Source of the DNA: Rhodospirillales bacterium
GTDB taxonomy: Bacteria > Pseudomonadota > Alphaproteobacteria > Rhodospirillales > UBA2165
Assembly: GCA_965221855.1 (NCBI GenBank)
Contig: CBDCSV010000010.1
Coordinates: forward strand, 131,650 to 195,649
Direction of reading: 5' to 3'
Length of the DNA: 64,000 nt
Part shown: piece after piece, positions 16,646 through 25,364 of the stretch
Layout: the number at the start of each line of letters is the position of its first letter
Numbering within the stretch: the stretch's first letter is position 1
Made by a program: the position numbers and the translations under genes
The notes under the pieces: generated by a model
Seen by the model: the letters and a program-made list of their open reading frames with translations, nothing else
Told to the model about the DNA's origin: nothing
Databases searched by the model: none

Positions 16646-18808
16646 TCACCACCGTATCGCGCCGGTGAGAATTGCGCCGTGGGCCGGGGGTTCGTTGCCG
16701 TTGGCGCTCTCCCGGCGGGTGGCGTCGAGATCGACCCGGAAACCGGCATAGCCCGGCACCGCCGGGGTCAGCCGCCAGCCGACGCGGTAGTCCCGCCCGC
16801 CGCCGTCCGAGGCTCCGAACCCGGCATTGGGCGTGCCGGTCAGGCGCCCGCCCAACAGCCCGAAGCCGTAGCCGAGTTCGCCTTCCAAGGCGCCCGCCTC
16901 TCGCGCATTCGTAGCGCCCGACGCGGCGCCCCGTGGCAGCTCCTCCCGCCACAGGGCGCCGGCCCCGCCGGAGGGCGCGCCCCAGCGGGGGCTCAGGGAC
17001 AAGGACAGTCCGCGCCCGTCCGGCTCCGGCTGCATCCGCACCGTCAGGCTCGCGCCGCGCTCGTCGGCGCCCTTCTCCGAGTGGGCCGCGAGCCAGCGCC
17101 CGCGCGCCTCGACCGCGAGGCCGGGCGCCGCGACGCGCACCCCGCCCGCCAGTTCCAGGCCGGTTCCGGTCAGCCCGTCGCCGCCGTCCCGCCGCCCCGC
17201 CGTCTCGACGAAGGGCGTCAGCGTGGACCCGTCGTCGAACCCGATGCGCCTTGACGCCTCGATGCCGGCCCGCGCCCGCCAGACGTCGGCCCGTATGCCG
17301 TCCACCGCCTGTTCCTCTCCCTCTTCGCCGCCGCCCTTGGCGGTTCGCATCCTGGCGAGGCTCCCATCGCCTTGCGCCGCCAGGGCGATCCCCCCGAGGG
17401 GCGGCAGCTTCCGCTTGAGACCCACCGAACCCGCCCGCATGGTCAGATTGCTTTTCTCCGCCGGCTCGCCGTCTCCCGGCATGTGGCGCGCCTCGCCCCG
17501 GCCGGCGCCCAGCATGCCGCCGAGCTCCAGCCCGTTCCCGAAGGTCCAGCGCCCGTAGGGCCAGAGCGCCGTCAGGTCGGTCTCGATCCGGCCCTTTTCG
17601 TCGTCGAGGGTATAGTCCGTCTCGCTCATCCCGCGGGACACCGCGAGGCCCGCCACCCAACGCCCGGGACGATCCGAACCCCTGGGAGCCTCCCGCGCGT
17701 CCACGCCGAGCCAGCCGGTGCGGGTCTCGCCCCGGTAGCTCGAGACCGCGTCCGGGCGGCCCGAGAAGGAGCCGAAGTCCCCCCGGCCCCACACGGCCCA
17801 GCGGGGCGCAAGGGAATCCAACCTCTCATCCCCCTCCTTGTTTCCGGGGGCCGCGCCCAGCGCGAGCGAGAACGCGCTCGACCCCAGTAGATCGCCGGCC
17901 TCCATCCCCCGGCTCTCGCCGCCGCCCGGCGGCCAGACGCCATCCGGTCCCGCCGCGCCGGTCCCGCCGAACCGGACCGTCTCGCCGGCCAGCGACAGCC
18001 CCGCCGCCGGAACCGCATCGCCCAGCCGCGTGCCGATATGGTCCAGCGCACCCGCAACCGAGCGCGACGCCACCGCCGCCAGGGTCCGCTTCACCACCCG
18101 CTGCTGTTCCTCGGACGCCGGAGACCGGGGCGTGGCCGTGGTGCCCGTGCTCTTGGCGTAACCGTGGATGGCGATCTTCCAGGACACGTTGGACGAGCTG
18201 CTCCACGACCCACCCCATAGGCTTCCGTCGCCGATGCTCCAGCCCGCCGCCGCGCCCGCATCCTCGCTGTCCGAGTTCGTTCGGTGGTATGTGATTCCGG
18301 TGATCGTACCCGCCATCGCCCCTACCCACACCACGAAATACGTCGTGTTGGCGGCAAGGTCGATGCCCGTGGTCGTGCCGGTGACCGTCGTGCCGCTCTG
18401 GGTAATGGTCAACGCACCCAGGCTGCCGCCGGGCTTGTTGTTCGATCCCGACGACTCGATGCGCATTTCCAGGGTAGATATGTCGGAAGAGGTGAGCGTG
18501 CCGGTAACCGGGAATGTCACGCTGGTCAGCTTGTAGCCCGCGGCGTTGCCGCCGGTCGTGAACGCCTGTGCGCGACCAAGAGTAATAACAGTTGTGGAGT
18601 CAGTACTCTGCCCGGTGTTGCTCACCAGCGTGACGGAGGTCTGCGCCTCGGCCGCATCGGCGCCGAGCAGCAGGGCGAAGGCGAGGGCGAGCACGCAGGC
18701 CGCCGCGCGCCAGGCGGAAGGGCGGAATCGGGAAACGGCCCCCGGTGGAATGGACTGCACCGCCGTTGAACCGACCGTGTCCTCTCGCGTCATGCTGGGC
18801 CCCTGCAT
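16646..18808 (-). CDS. Autotransporter (type Va-like) with short passenger and C-terminal beta-barrel
   Basis: Signal peptide ...AAEA/QTSVTLVSNTGQ; Thr/Ser-rich passenger; barrel beginning WAVWGRGDFG; terminal GAIRW. Confidence 0.82.
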   Translation of the reverse strand: MQGPSMTREDTVGSTAVQSIPPGAVSRFRPSAWRAAACVLALAFALLLGADAAEAQTSVTLVSNTGQSTDSTTVITLGRAQAFTTGGNAAGYKLTSVTFPVTGTLTSSDISTLEMRIESSGSNNKPGGSLGALTITQSGTTVTGTTTGIDLAANTTYFVVWVGAMAGTITGITYHRTNSDSEDAGAAAGWSIGDGSLWGGSWSSSSNVSWKIAIHGYAKSTGTTATPRSPASEEQQRVVKRTLAAVASRSVAGALDHIGTRLGDAVPAAGLSLAGETVRFGGTGAAGPDGVWPPGGGESRGMEAGDLLGSSAFSLALGAAPGNKEGDERLDSLAPRWAVWGRGDFGSFSGRPDAVSSYRGETRTGWLGVDAREAPRGSDRPGRWVAGLAVSRGMSETDYTLDDEKGRIETDLTALWPYGRWTFGNGLELGGMLGAGRGEARHMPGDGEPAEKSNLTMRAGSVGLKRKLPPLGGIALAAQGDGSLARMRTAKGGGEEGEEQAVDGIRADVWRARAGIEASRRIGFDDGSTLTPFVETAGRRDGGDGLTGTGLELAGGVRVAAPGLAVEARGRWLAAHSEKGADERGASLTVRMQPEPDGRGLSLSLSPRWGAPSGGAGALWREELPRGAASGATNAREAGALEGELGYGFGLLGGRLTGTPNAGFGASDGGGRDYRVGWRLTPAVPGYAGFRVDLDATRRESANGNEPPAHGAILTGAIRW

Positions 18809-18812
18809 TGGT

Positions 18813-18846
18813 ATTACTCCCGATAACTGTCGTTATCGGGAGTAAT
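18813..18846. other. lox-like recombination site 1 (13-8-13)
   Basis: ATTACTCCCGATA-ACTGTCGT-TATCGGGAGTAAT; perfect inverted arms, 9/13 identical to the loxP arm; 37 bp before the recombinase ATG. Confidence 0.88.
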
Positions 18847-18883
18847 CTGCGGGCTCGCGATTGGACGAACCGGAGGCGCGCAT

Positions 18884-19867
18884 ATGTATCTCGAACCCCC
18901 GGCCGACCCCTGCGAGGAGCCGGGTAATGAACGCGCACCGGTGCTCGCGATGCGACTCCAACGGTTCCTGCAGACAACAAACGGCGCGTTCAGCACGAAC
19001 ACCGAACGGGCGCTCAGGTCGGACCTCGGCATCTATGCGGCGTGGTGCGCCGAGCGGGGGAAGAGGGTCTTGCCGGCGGCGCCCGAGACGGTCGCCGCCT
19101 TCATCGATGCGATGGCGGAGACCCGGGCGCCGGCCACGGTGCGCCGCTACGCCGCCAGCATCGCCAAGGTCCACCGGGAGACCGGATGCGGCAAGATCCT
19201 CAAAAGTCCGGCCGTGCGGCTCGCGCTCAGGCGCATGCACCGCGTGAAGGGGCGGCGCCAGAGACAGGCGCACGGCATGACCGGGCCGCTGCGCGAACGC
19301 CTGCTGGAGGCGGCGGGAGATAGATTGATCGACGACCGCAACCGGGCGCTGCTCGCCGTGGCCTATGACGCCATGCTGCGGCGCACCGAGCTCACGTCTC
19401 TGGAAGTGTCTGATTTTCTTGAGGAAATCGGCGGCGACGCGACCTTGCTGGTGCGCCGCTCCAAGACCGACGGCGAGGGCCGGGGCGAACGCCTCTACCT
19501 CGCGCGCGATACCGTTGTGTTGGTGCGCGCCTGGCTGGAACGCAGCGGGATCCAGGAGGGAAGGCTGTTCCGCTCGGTCGGCAAGGGCGGCGGGCTCGGC
19601 GAGGGGCTCGATCCGAGCCAGGTGCCGCGCATCTTCAAGGGCATGGCGCGCCGCGCCGGACTGCCGGCGGCGATGGTGCAGGGCCTGTCCGGGCACTCGG
19701 CCCGGGTGGGCGCGGCCCAGGACATGATCGCCGCCGGTATCGAGCTTCCGGCAATCCTCCAGGCCGGGCGGTGGAAGTCGACCGCCATGGTCAACCGCTA
19801 CGGCGAGCAGCTATTGGCGCGGCGCAGCGGGGCCGCCCAGCTCGCCCGGCTTCAGGAACGGAGCTGA
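18884..19867 (+). CDS. Cre-type tyrosine recombinase
   Basis: Catalytic set LRRTEL (R), RRSKTD (K), GHSARVG (HxxR), GRWKS (W), NRYG (Y); N-terminal TNTERALRSD helix; SD GGAGG. Confidence 0.92.
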   Translation: MYLEPPADPCEEPGNERAPVLAMRLQRFLQTTNGAFSTNTERALRSDLGIYAAWCAERGKRVLPAAPETVAAFIDAMAETRAPATVRRYAASIAKVHRETGCGKILKSPAVRLALRRMHRVKGRRQRQAHGMTGPLRERLLEAAGDRLIDDRNRALLAVAYDAMLRRTELTSLEVSDFLEEIGGDATLLVRRSKTDGEGRGERLYLARDTVVLVRAWLERSGIQEGRLFRSVGKGGGLGEGLDPSQVPRIFKGMARRAGLPAAMVQGLSGHSARVGAAQDMIAAGIELPAILQAGRWKSTAMVNRYGEQLLARRSGAAQLARLQERS

Positions 19868-20006
19868 AGGTTGCCGGGGGTGTGCGAATACGGCTGCCGG
19901 GCTATAATGACCGGGCGGCCATGGCGGTGCATGGGCGAGCCGTGGCGGCATCGAAGGGGCCGAATCCGGCCCTGGCGGGCCTCAAGGGCGCAAATCCGGA
20001 AAATGT

Positions 20007-20019
20007 TATCAGGAGTAAT
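20007..20019. other. Isolated lox half-site
   Basis: TATCAGGAGTAAT, 12/13 identical to the arm of site 1; no full partner arm at 8-bp spacing. Confidence 0.6.
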
Positions 20020-20170
20020 AATCGGCGCGGGCGGCGGGTCCGGCGTCCCGGCGGCGCTGCCCGGCAGGAGCCGGCCGGCCTGGAAAAAACGGCGGACGTT
20101 CAAGGGGTTACCGGAAATTGGCGGCGGAACGCGGTGCCTTGCCGGAGGTGCGGCGCACCGCCGGTGCAAG

Positions 20171-21450
20171 GGTAACGTCAAGAGTTATGTGTCAGGGAGA
20201 GAGGGGTACTGATTCCCTGAGACTTGTTTTCGTGAATGAAGACCGCGTAGAGGATGCGGTCCATTGAGGTTTTATCCTTGAAGGTTCCCATGGGCCGGGT
20301 TCGTCTGCGAACCTCGCGGAACCTCCGTTCGATGGCATTGGTGGTCCTGACCTGCTTTCGCTCGGCGAGGTCCTTGTAGCGGAAGCAGGTGAGCAGGTCG
20401 TCGAGGTCGTTGCGCAGGCAGGCGACGGCCTTGGGGTAGGTATCTTCCCAGGCGTCGGCGAAGCGGCGGGCGGCGGTCTCGGCCTTGCGGCGGTTGGGGG
20501 CATTCATGACGGCGTGGACGTCGGCCTTGACGGCCTGCTGGTCGGCTACGCGGACCTTGTTGAGGATGTTCCTGATTTTGTGCGCCCAGCACCTCTGAAC
20601 GGGGATGCCGTGATAGACGATCGGCAAGGCGGCGAGCAGGCCTTGGCCGCCATCAACGCAGATCATCTCAAGGCCCTCGCCGGTGAGGCCGCGGCGGTGC
20701 AACGCGGTGAGGAAGCGCTCCCACTCCGCGGCGCTCTCGCTGGCGGCGAGTTGGAAGTCGATAATCTCCTTCTTGCCGTCGTGCCGTATGCCCAGCGCCA
20801 CCAGGACCGGCCTCCTGAGCGCGCCGGCGCCGGTCTTGCAGGCCAGCACCACGCCGTCGAGCATCAGCGCCTTGTAGGCGTTCTTCAGCGGCCGGCGGTG
20901 GAATGCGGCGACCGACAGATCGAGGGTCTTGGCGACCCGGCTCACCGTCGCGGCCGAGACCGGACGCCCGAGCAGGGCAAGCAGGACCTCGCCGACCTTG
21001 CGGGTCGAGAGCCCCAGCACGAAGCCGGCCAGGATGGCGCGGTCGATCTCTGGAGCGCGCCTTGCGTAGCTCTTCAGAACCTCGGTCGGGCAGAAGTGCC
21101 GGGTGCGCGGCACGTTGAGCTCGATGTCGCCGAGCTCGCTGAGCAGGCGGCGCCGGTAGGTGCCGTTGCGCCGGTCGCGCATAGCGCTGCCATCGAGGCC
21201 GTCGAGCCAGCGATCCACCGCCTCGGCCATCCGGCCCTCGATGATCTCGGCCAGCGCCTGGCGGCCAAGCGGGCGATAACCCTCGCCCCAGTCCAATCCG
21301 CCTGCTTGCATCTCCTTCACCACCTCAAAGGCTTGTGGTAGGTTCTCAATCGTTACAGCTTGCTGTGGCATCGGGGTGATCCTTCTTGCGGTTGTCGTAA
21401 ACCACAGGGAGTACCCCATTCCCAACTGACACATAAATTTTTACGTCACC
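20171..21450 (-). mobile_element. IS256-family element, copy 1 (1280 bp)
   Basis: Ends GGTAACGTCAAGAG / TTTTTACGTCACC; 8-bp TSD GGTGCAAG at 20163 and 21451. Confidence 0.93.
20178..21371 (-). CDS. IS256-family transposase
   Basis: RNGTYRR, GLSTRKV, LMLDG, ICVDG, QRCWAH, TTNAIER. Confidence 0.93.
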   Translation of the reverse strand: MPQQAVTIENLPQAFEVVKEMQAGGLDWGEGYRPLGRQALAEIIEGRMAEAVDRWLDGLDGSAMRDRRNGTYRRRLLSELGDIELNVPRTRHFCPTEVLKSYARRAPEIDRAILAGFVLGLSTRKVGEVLLALLGRPVSAATVSRVAKTLDLSVAAFHRRPLKNAYKALMLDGVVLACKTGAGALRRPVLVALGIRHDGKKEIIDFQLAASESAAEWERFLTALHRRGLTGEGLEMICVDGGQGLLAALPIVYHGIPVQRCWAHKIRNILNKVRVADQQAVKADVHAVMNAPNRRKAETAARRFADAWEDTYPKAVACLRNDLDDLLTCFRYKDLAERKQVRTTNAIERRFREVRRRTRPMGTFKDKTSMDRILYAVFIHENKSQGISTPLSLTHNS

Positions 21451-21473
21451 GGTGCAAGTGCGTTCTTGACAAG

Positions 21474-21507
21474 TTTGCTCCTGATAACGACAGTTATCGG
21501 GAGTAAT
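21474..21507. other. lox-like recombination site 2, inverted relative to site 1
   Basis: TTTGCTCCTGATA-ACGACAGT-TATCGGGAGTAAT; spacer is the exact reverse complement of the site 1 spacer; inner arm has 3 mismatches. Confidence 0.85.
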
Positions 21508-21714
21508 CCAGCGCCGGACCAAGCGGCCGACGCCGGTCCGGACGGCTCAGGCCTCCGCTACTTTCCCCCATTCCCCGACACATCGTTAGTCCCGAAAGCG
21601 AAAGAGCATCGAGGGTGGGGGAGACCTTGTGCCGCGCCACTTGAAATCCCCTTAGATGATCTATAAATATAGCATGGCCTATTTTTACGATTTGTTTATG
21701 GGACGAACAGAGCA

Positions 21715-22053
21715 ATGGCGAAACCCGCACACAGAAGCTATTCCCGCTATGCCCGCGAAGCCGCGGAGCTTCTTGGGCTGATGATCCGTAACGCGCGCAT
21801 CGAACGCGGCATCACGGTCGCCGATGCCGCCGAACGCGCCGGGATTTCGCGCGGACTCGCGCACCGCATCGAAAAAGGCGAAATGGGCACCTCCATCGGT
21901 GCGGCCTTCGAGGTGGCCGCCATTGTCGGGTTGCGCTTGTTCGAAGCCGAACCGGCAACGCTGACGCGCCATCTGTCGATGGAACGCGACAAGCTCACCC
22001 TGCTGCCGCAATCCGTCCGCACGGGAAGGACGAAGGTGAAAGATGACTTCTGA
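21715..22053 (+). CDS. XRE/HipB-like HTH antitoxin
   Basis: IRNARIERGITVADAAERAGISRGLAHRIEKG; overlaps the hipA-like gene. Confidence 0.82.
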   Translation: MAKPAHRSYSRYAREAAELLGLMIRNARIERGITVADAAERAGISRGLAHRIEKGEMGTSIGAAFEVAAIVGLRLFEAEPATLTRHLSMERDKLTLLPQSVRTGRTKVKDDF

Positions 22054-23323
22054 TCGCCCCGGCACGAGAGTACCGGAGGAAGCCTACGTCTGGATATGGC
22101 TGCCCGGCGCGACGGCGCCGGTGGTCGCCGGCCGCATCGCGCGCGACGGCGGGCGGCTGATCTTCAACTACGGCCGGAGCTATCTGGACCGGAACGACCG
22201 CATCCCGATCCACGAACCTGAACTGCCGCTGCGCGGCGGAGCGATCGCGCCCGAAGCCGGGCTGAGCATGGCCGGATGCCTGCGCGACGCCTCGCCCGAT
22301 GGATGGGGGCGCCGCGTCATCCTGAACCGGACCCTCGGACGCAAGGGCAAGGATGCCGACACCGCCGAGCTCGACGAGCTGACCTATCTGCTGGAGTCCG
22401 GCTCGGACCGAATCGGCGCCCTGGATTTCCAACGCTCCCCTTCCGAGTACGTGCCGCGCGCCGCCCGAGCCGCGACGCTCGAGGAGTTGCTGAGCGCCGC
22501 CGAGAAAGTCGAGAATGGCGTGCCGCTGTCGCCCGATCTCGATCAGGCGCTGCTGCACGGCACGTCGATCGGCGGCGCGCGCCCGAAGGCGATGATCCAG
22601 GACGGCGACACGAAGCTGATCGCCAAGTTCTCGTCCTCGGCCGATACCTACAACGTGGTGAAGGCGGAATATGTCGCCATGCGCCTTGCCGCCGAGGCGG
22701 GGCTTGACGCCGCCCCCGTGCGTCTCGAGCGCGCCGCCGGCAGGGACGTGCTGCTGGTCGAGCGATTCGACCGCACCAGGAAGAAAGACGGCTGGACGCG
22801 GAAGGCGATGGTCTCGGCGCTGACGCTGTTCCTTCTCGATGAGATGATGGCGCGTTACGCCAGCTATGAAGTCTTCGCGGAAATCATCCGGCATCGCTTC
22901 ACCTCGCCGAAGGCGGCGCTGCACGAGCTGTACGGTCGGCTGGTGTTCAACGTCCTGTGCGGCAACACCGACGATCACGCCCGCAACCATGCGGGCTTCT
23001 GGGACGGCGAACACCTGACCCTGACGCCCGCCTATGACATTTGCCCGCAGATGCGCACCGGCAATGTGGCCGGCCAAGCGATGCTGATCGTAGGAGACAA
23101 CCGGACGAGCACACTTGCGGCCTGCCTCGAGGCCGCGCCGAATTTCCAACTCGGCGAGACAGCGGCGAAAGACATCATCGCACGGCAGATCGGCGCAATC
23201 CGGGACGCATGGGATGACATCTGCGAGGAGGCCGCATTGACCGAAGTCGAAGGCAACCTGTTCGGCCAGCGGATCTTTCTGAACGACTATATCTTCGAAG
23301 GCGCTCCGAAAGGCCCGTGGTGA
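22043..23323 (+). CDS. hipA: HipA-family kinase toxin
   Basis: GTSIGGARPKA, LLVERFDR, GNTDDHARN, LTPAYD. Confidence 0.9.
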   Translation: MTSDRPGTRVPEEAYVWIWLPGATAPVVAGRIARDGGRLIFNYGRSYLDRNDRIPIHEPELPLRGGAIAPEAGLSMAGCLRDASPDGWGRRVILNRTLGRKGKDADTAELDELTYLLESGSDRIGALDFQRSPSEYVPRAARAATLEELLSAAEKVENGVPLSPDLDQALLHGTSIGGARPKAMIQDGDTKLIAKFSSSADTYNVVKAEYVAMRLAAEAGLDAAPVRLERAAGRDVLLVERFDRTRKKDGWTRKAMVSALTLFLLDEMMARYASYEVFAEIIRHRFTSPKAALHELYGRLVFNVLCGNTDDHARNHAGFWDGEHLTLTPAYDICPQMRTGNVAGQAMLIVGDNRTSTLAACLEAAPNFQLGETAAKDIIARQIGAIRDAWDDICEEAALTEVEGNLFGQRIFLNDYIFEGAPKGPW

Positions 23324-23369
23324 CGGAGACCTCGCCGCGCCTCCGCGGGAGCGAAGGGAGACCGGCTAT

Positions 23370-23700
23370 ACGTGGATGGCCGGGACGCAGCTTGCCGGCC
23401 GGCCGGCGAAGTGGCGGGGCATCCAGGAAACAAGAATTTCACCACAGAGGCACAGAGATCACAGAGAAGGAATGATTAACTCCTCACTGTCTCACCGTCT
23501 CTGTGGTTCAAGAATTTGAAAATCCCCCTCACCCAGCTACGGCTAAGCTCAGTTGGCGCTTCGCAAAGTCGGTCAATCCCCGGAGGGGAATGACCTTATC
23601 TCCGCAACCCTCTCCCCCTTCTTTCCAGCCTTCGTAGCCGAAGGCTACTTCGGCGGAGTAGGCCAGGGGGAGAGGGTCAGGGTGAGGGGGTCACAAAAAA
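23370..23700. repeat. Composite REP-like cluster
   Basis: Inverted CCACAGAG/CTCTGTGG pair, AGCTACGGCTA module, hairpin with the CCTTCGTAGCCGAAGG loop insert. Confidence 0.8.
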
Positions 23701-23739
23701 AGGGCGAGGGGAACTCGCGCCGGAACGGAGCGGGCCGCC

Positions 23740-24735
23740 CTAGATCAACCCGGCCAGCGGCGAGGACGGATCGGCGTATTTCTTTTTCGGCATGCGTCCC
23801 GCCGTATAGGCCAGCCGGCCGGCCTCGATGGCCAGCCGCATGGCGCGGGCCATCCTGATGGGGTCCTTCGCCTCGGCGATCGCCGTGTTCATCAGGACCC
23901 CGTCGCAGCCGAGCTCCATGGCGATGGCCGCGTCCGAGGCGGTCCCCACGCCGGCGTCGACGATCACCGGCACGTTCGCCTGCTCGATGATCAGCCTGAG
24001 ATTCACCGGGTTCTGGATTCCGAGCCCGGACCCGATGGGCGCCGCCAGCGGCATGATGGCGACACAGCCCATATCCTCGAGGGTCTTCGACAGGATCGGA
24101 TCGTCGGTGGTGTAGACCATGACCTTGAACCCGTCCTCGATCAGCGCTTCGGCCGCCTTCAGGGTCTCGGTGACATGGGGGTAGAGGGTCTTCTGATCGC
24201 CCAGCACCTCCAGCTTGACCAGATCCCAGCCGCCGGCCTCGCGGGCCAGGCGGAGGGTCCTGAGCGCATCGTCGGCGGTGAAGCACCCGGCGGTGTTGGG
24301 CAGGTAGGTGTATTTCTTGGGATCGACGAAATCCACCAGCATGGGCTCGTCCGGGTTGGTGACGTTCACCCGGCGGACGGCCACGGTGATGATCTCCGCG
24401 CCCGAGGCCTCCAGGGCGCGGGCGGTCTGCTCGAAGTCCTTGTACTTGCCGGTGCCGATGATCAGCCGCGACGACAGGCTCCGCCCGGCGATCTCGAAGG
24501 CGTCGCCGCCGGGCGGCGCGCCCGTCCCTTCCGGCGCTCCCCCGCCGATGAAGTGGACGATCTCGAACTTGTCGCCTTCGGCCACGTCGATATCGCCGTA
24601 CCGGGATTTGGGCACGATTTCCAGGTTACGCTCGACCGCGACCTTCCGGGCGTCGAGCCCGAGGCCGGCCAACATTCCCTCCACGGTCACCGGCGCATCG
24701 ATATGGCGCGCCTCGCCATTTATGGTCACATTCAT
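23740..24735 (-). CDS. thiG: ThiS-ThiG fusion (sulfur carrier plus thiazole synthase)
   Basis: N-terminal ThiS ...[10 protein letters not shown]...EIVHFIGGG; Thi[31 protein letters not shown]. Confidence 0.93.
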   Translation of the reverse strand: MNVTINGEARHIDAPVTVEGMLAGLGLDARKVAVERNLEIVPKSRYGDIDVAEGDKFEIVHFIGGGAPEGTGAPPGGDAFEIAGRSLSSRLIIGTGKYKDFEQTARALEASGAEIITVAVRRVNVTNPDEPMLVDFVDPKKYTYLPNTAGCFTADDALRTLRLAREAGGWDLVKLEVLGDQKTLYPHVTETLKAAEALIEDGFKVMVYTTDDPILSKTLEDMGCVAIMPLAAPIGSGLGIQNPVNLRLIIEQANVPVIVDAGVGTASDAAIAMELGCDGVLMNTAIAEAKDPIRMARAMRLAIEAGRLAYTAGRMPKKKYADPSSPLAGLI

Positions 24736-24749
24736 CTTGATGCCAATTA

Positions 24750-24764
24750 TTAAACGTTCGTTAA
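24750..24764. promoter_or_regulatory. CtrA-type binding site
   Basis: TTAA-ACGTTCG-TTAA (TTAA-N7-TTAA), 14 bp upstream of the thiS-thiG start. Confidence 0.55.
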
Positions 24765-24912
24765 GGGGGTGCGGCTCACAATGGGGCCGTTTGGCGCAAG
24801 TATGGTAGCCGATCCCCGGCCTTTCAACCGCATTGTCACCGGGGATGATTTCACGGGCCGGCGGTTGCCGGGATCGCGGCGCATGCTATAACCCGGCGCG
24901 CGAGGACACGAG

Positions 24913-25344
24913 ATGGCGGAAAAAATTCTGATCCTGAACGGGCCCAATCTCAACCTGCTGGGAACCCGGCAGCCGGAGATCTACGGCGCGGAGACACTCG
25001 CCCAGATCGAGGACGCCTGCGCCGCCAGGGCCGGCGAACTCGGCCTCGCCATCGACTGCCGCCAGAGCAACAGCGAAGGCGATCTGGTCGACTGGATTCA
25101 GGAGGGCGGCCGGGATTTCGACGCCATCATTCTCAATGCCGGCGGCTACACCCATACCTCGGTGGCCATCCTCGACGCCCTGAAGAGCTGCGGCGTCCCG
25201 GTGATCGAAGTCCACCTGTCCAATATCCATCAGCGCGAGGAGTTCCGGCACAAATCCTATGTTTCCCGCGCCGCCCGGGGGATCATTGCCGGCTTCGGCA
25301 GCCACGGCTATCTTCTCGCCCTGGACGCCGCCCGGAACCTTTAG
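24913..25344 (+). CDS. aroQ: Type II 3-dehydroquinate dehydratase
   Basis: [40 protein letters not shown]. Confidence 0.95.
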   Translation: MAEKILILNGPNLNLLGTRQPEIYGAETLAQIEDACAARAGELGLAIDCRQSNSEGDLVDWIQEGGRDFDAIILNAGGYTHTSVAILDALKSCGVPVIEVHLSNIHQREEFRHKSYVSRAARGIIAGFGSHGYLLALDAARNL

Positions 25345-25364
25345 GACCGATATCGGGAGCGACC

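Noticed and set aside
16177-16749. ORFs across REP clusters (16177..16668, 16474..16749, 23553..23858)
   Set aside because: Translations of repeat DNA (PLTLSLSPKG, SPQRHRDHRE), not credible proteins
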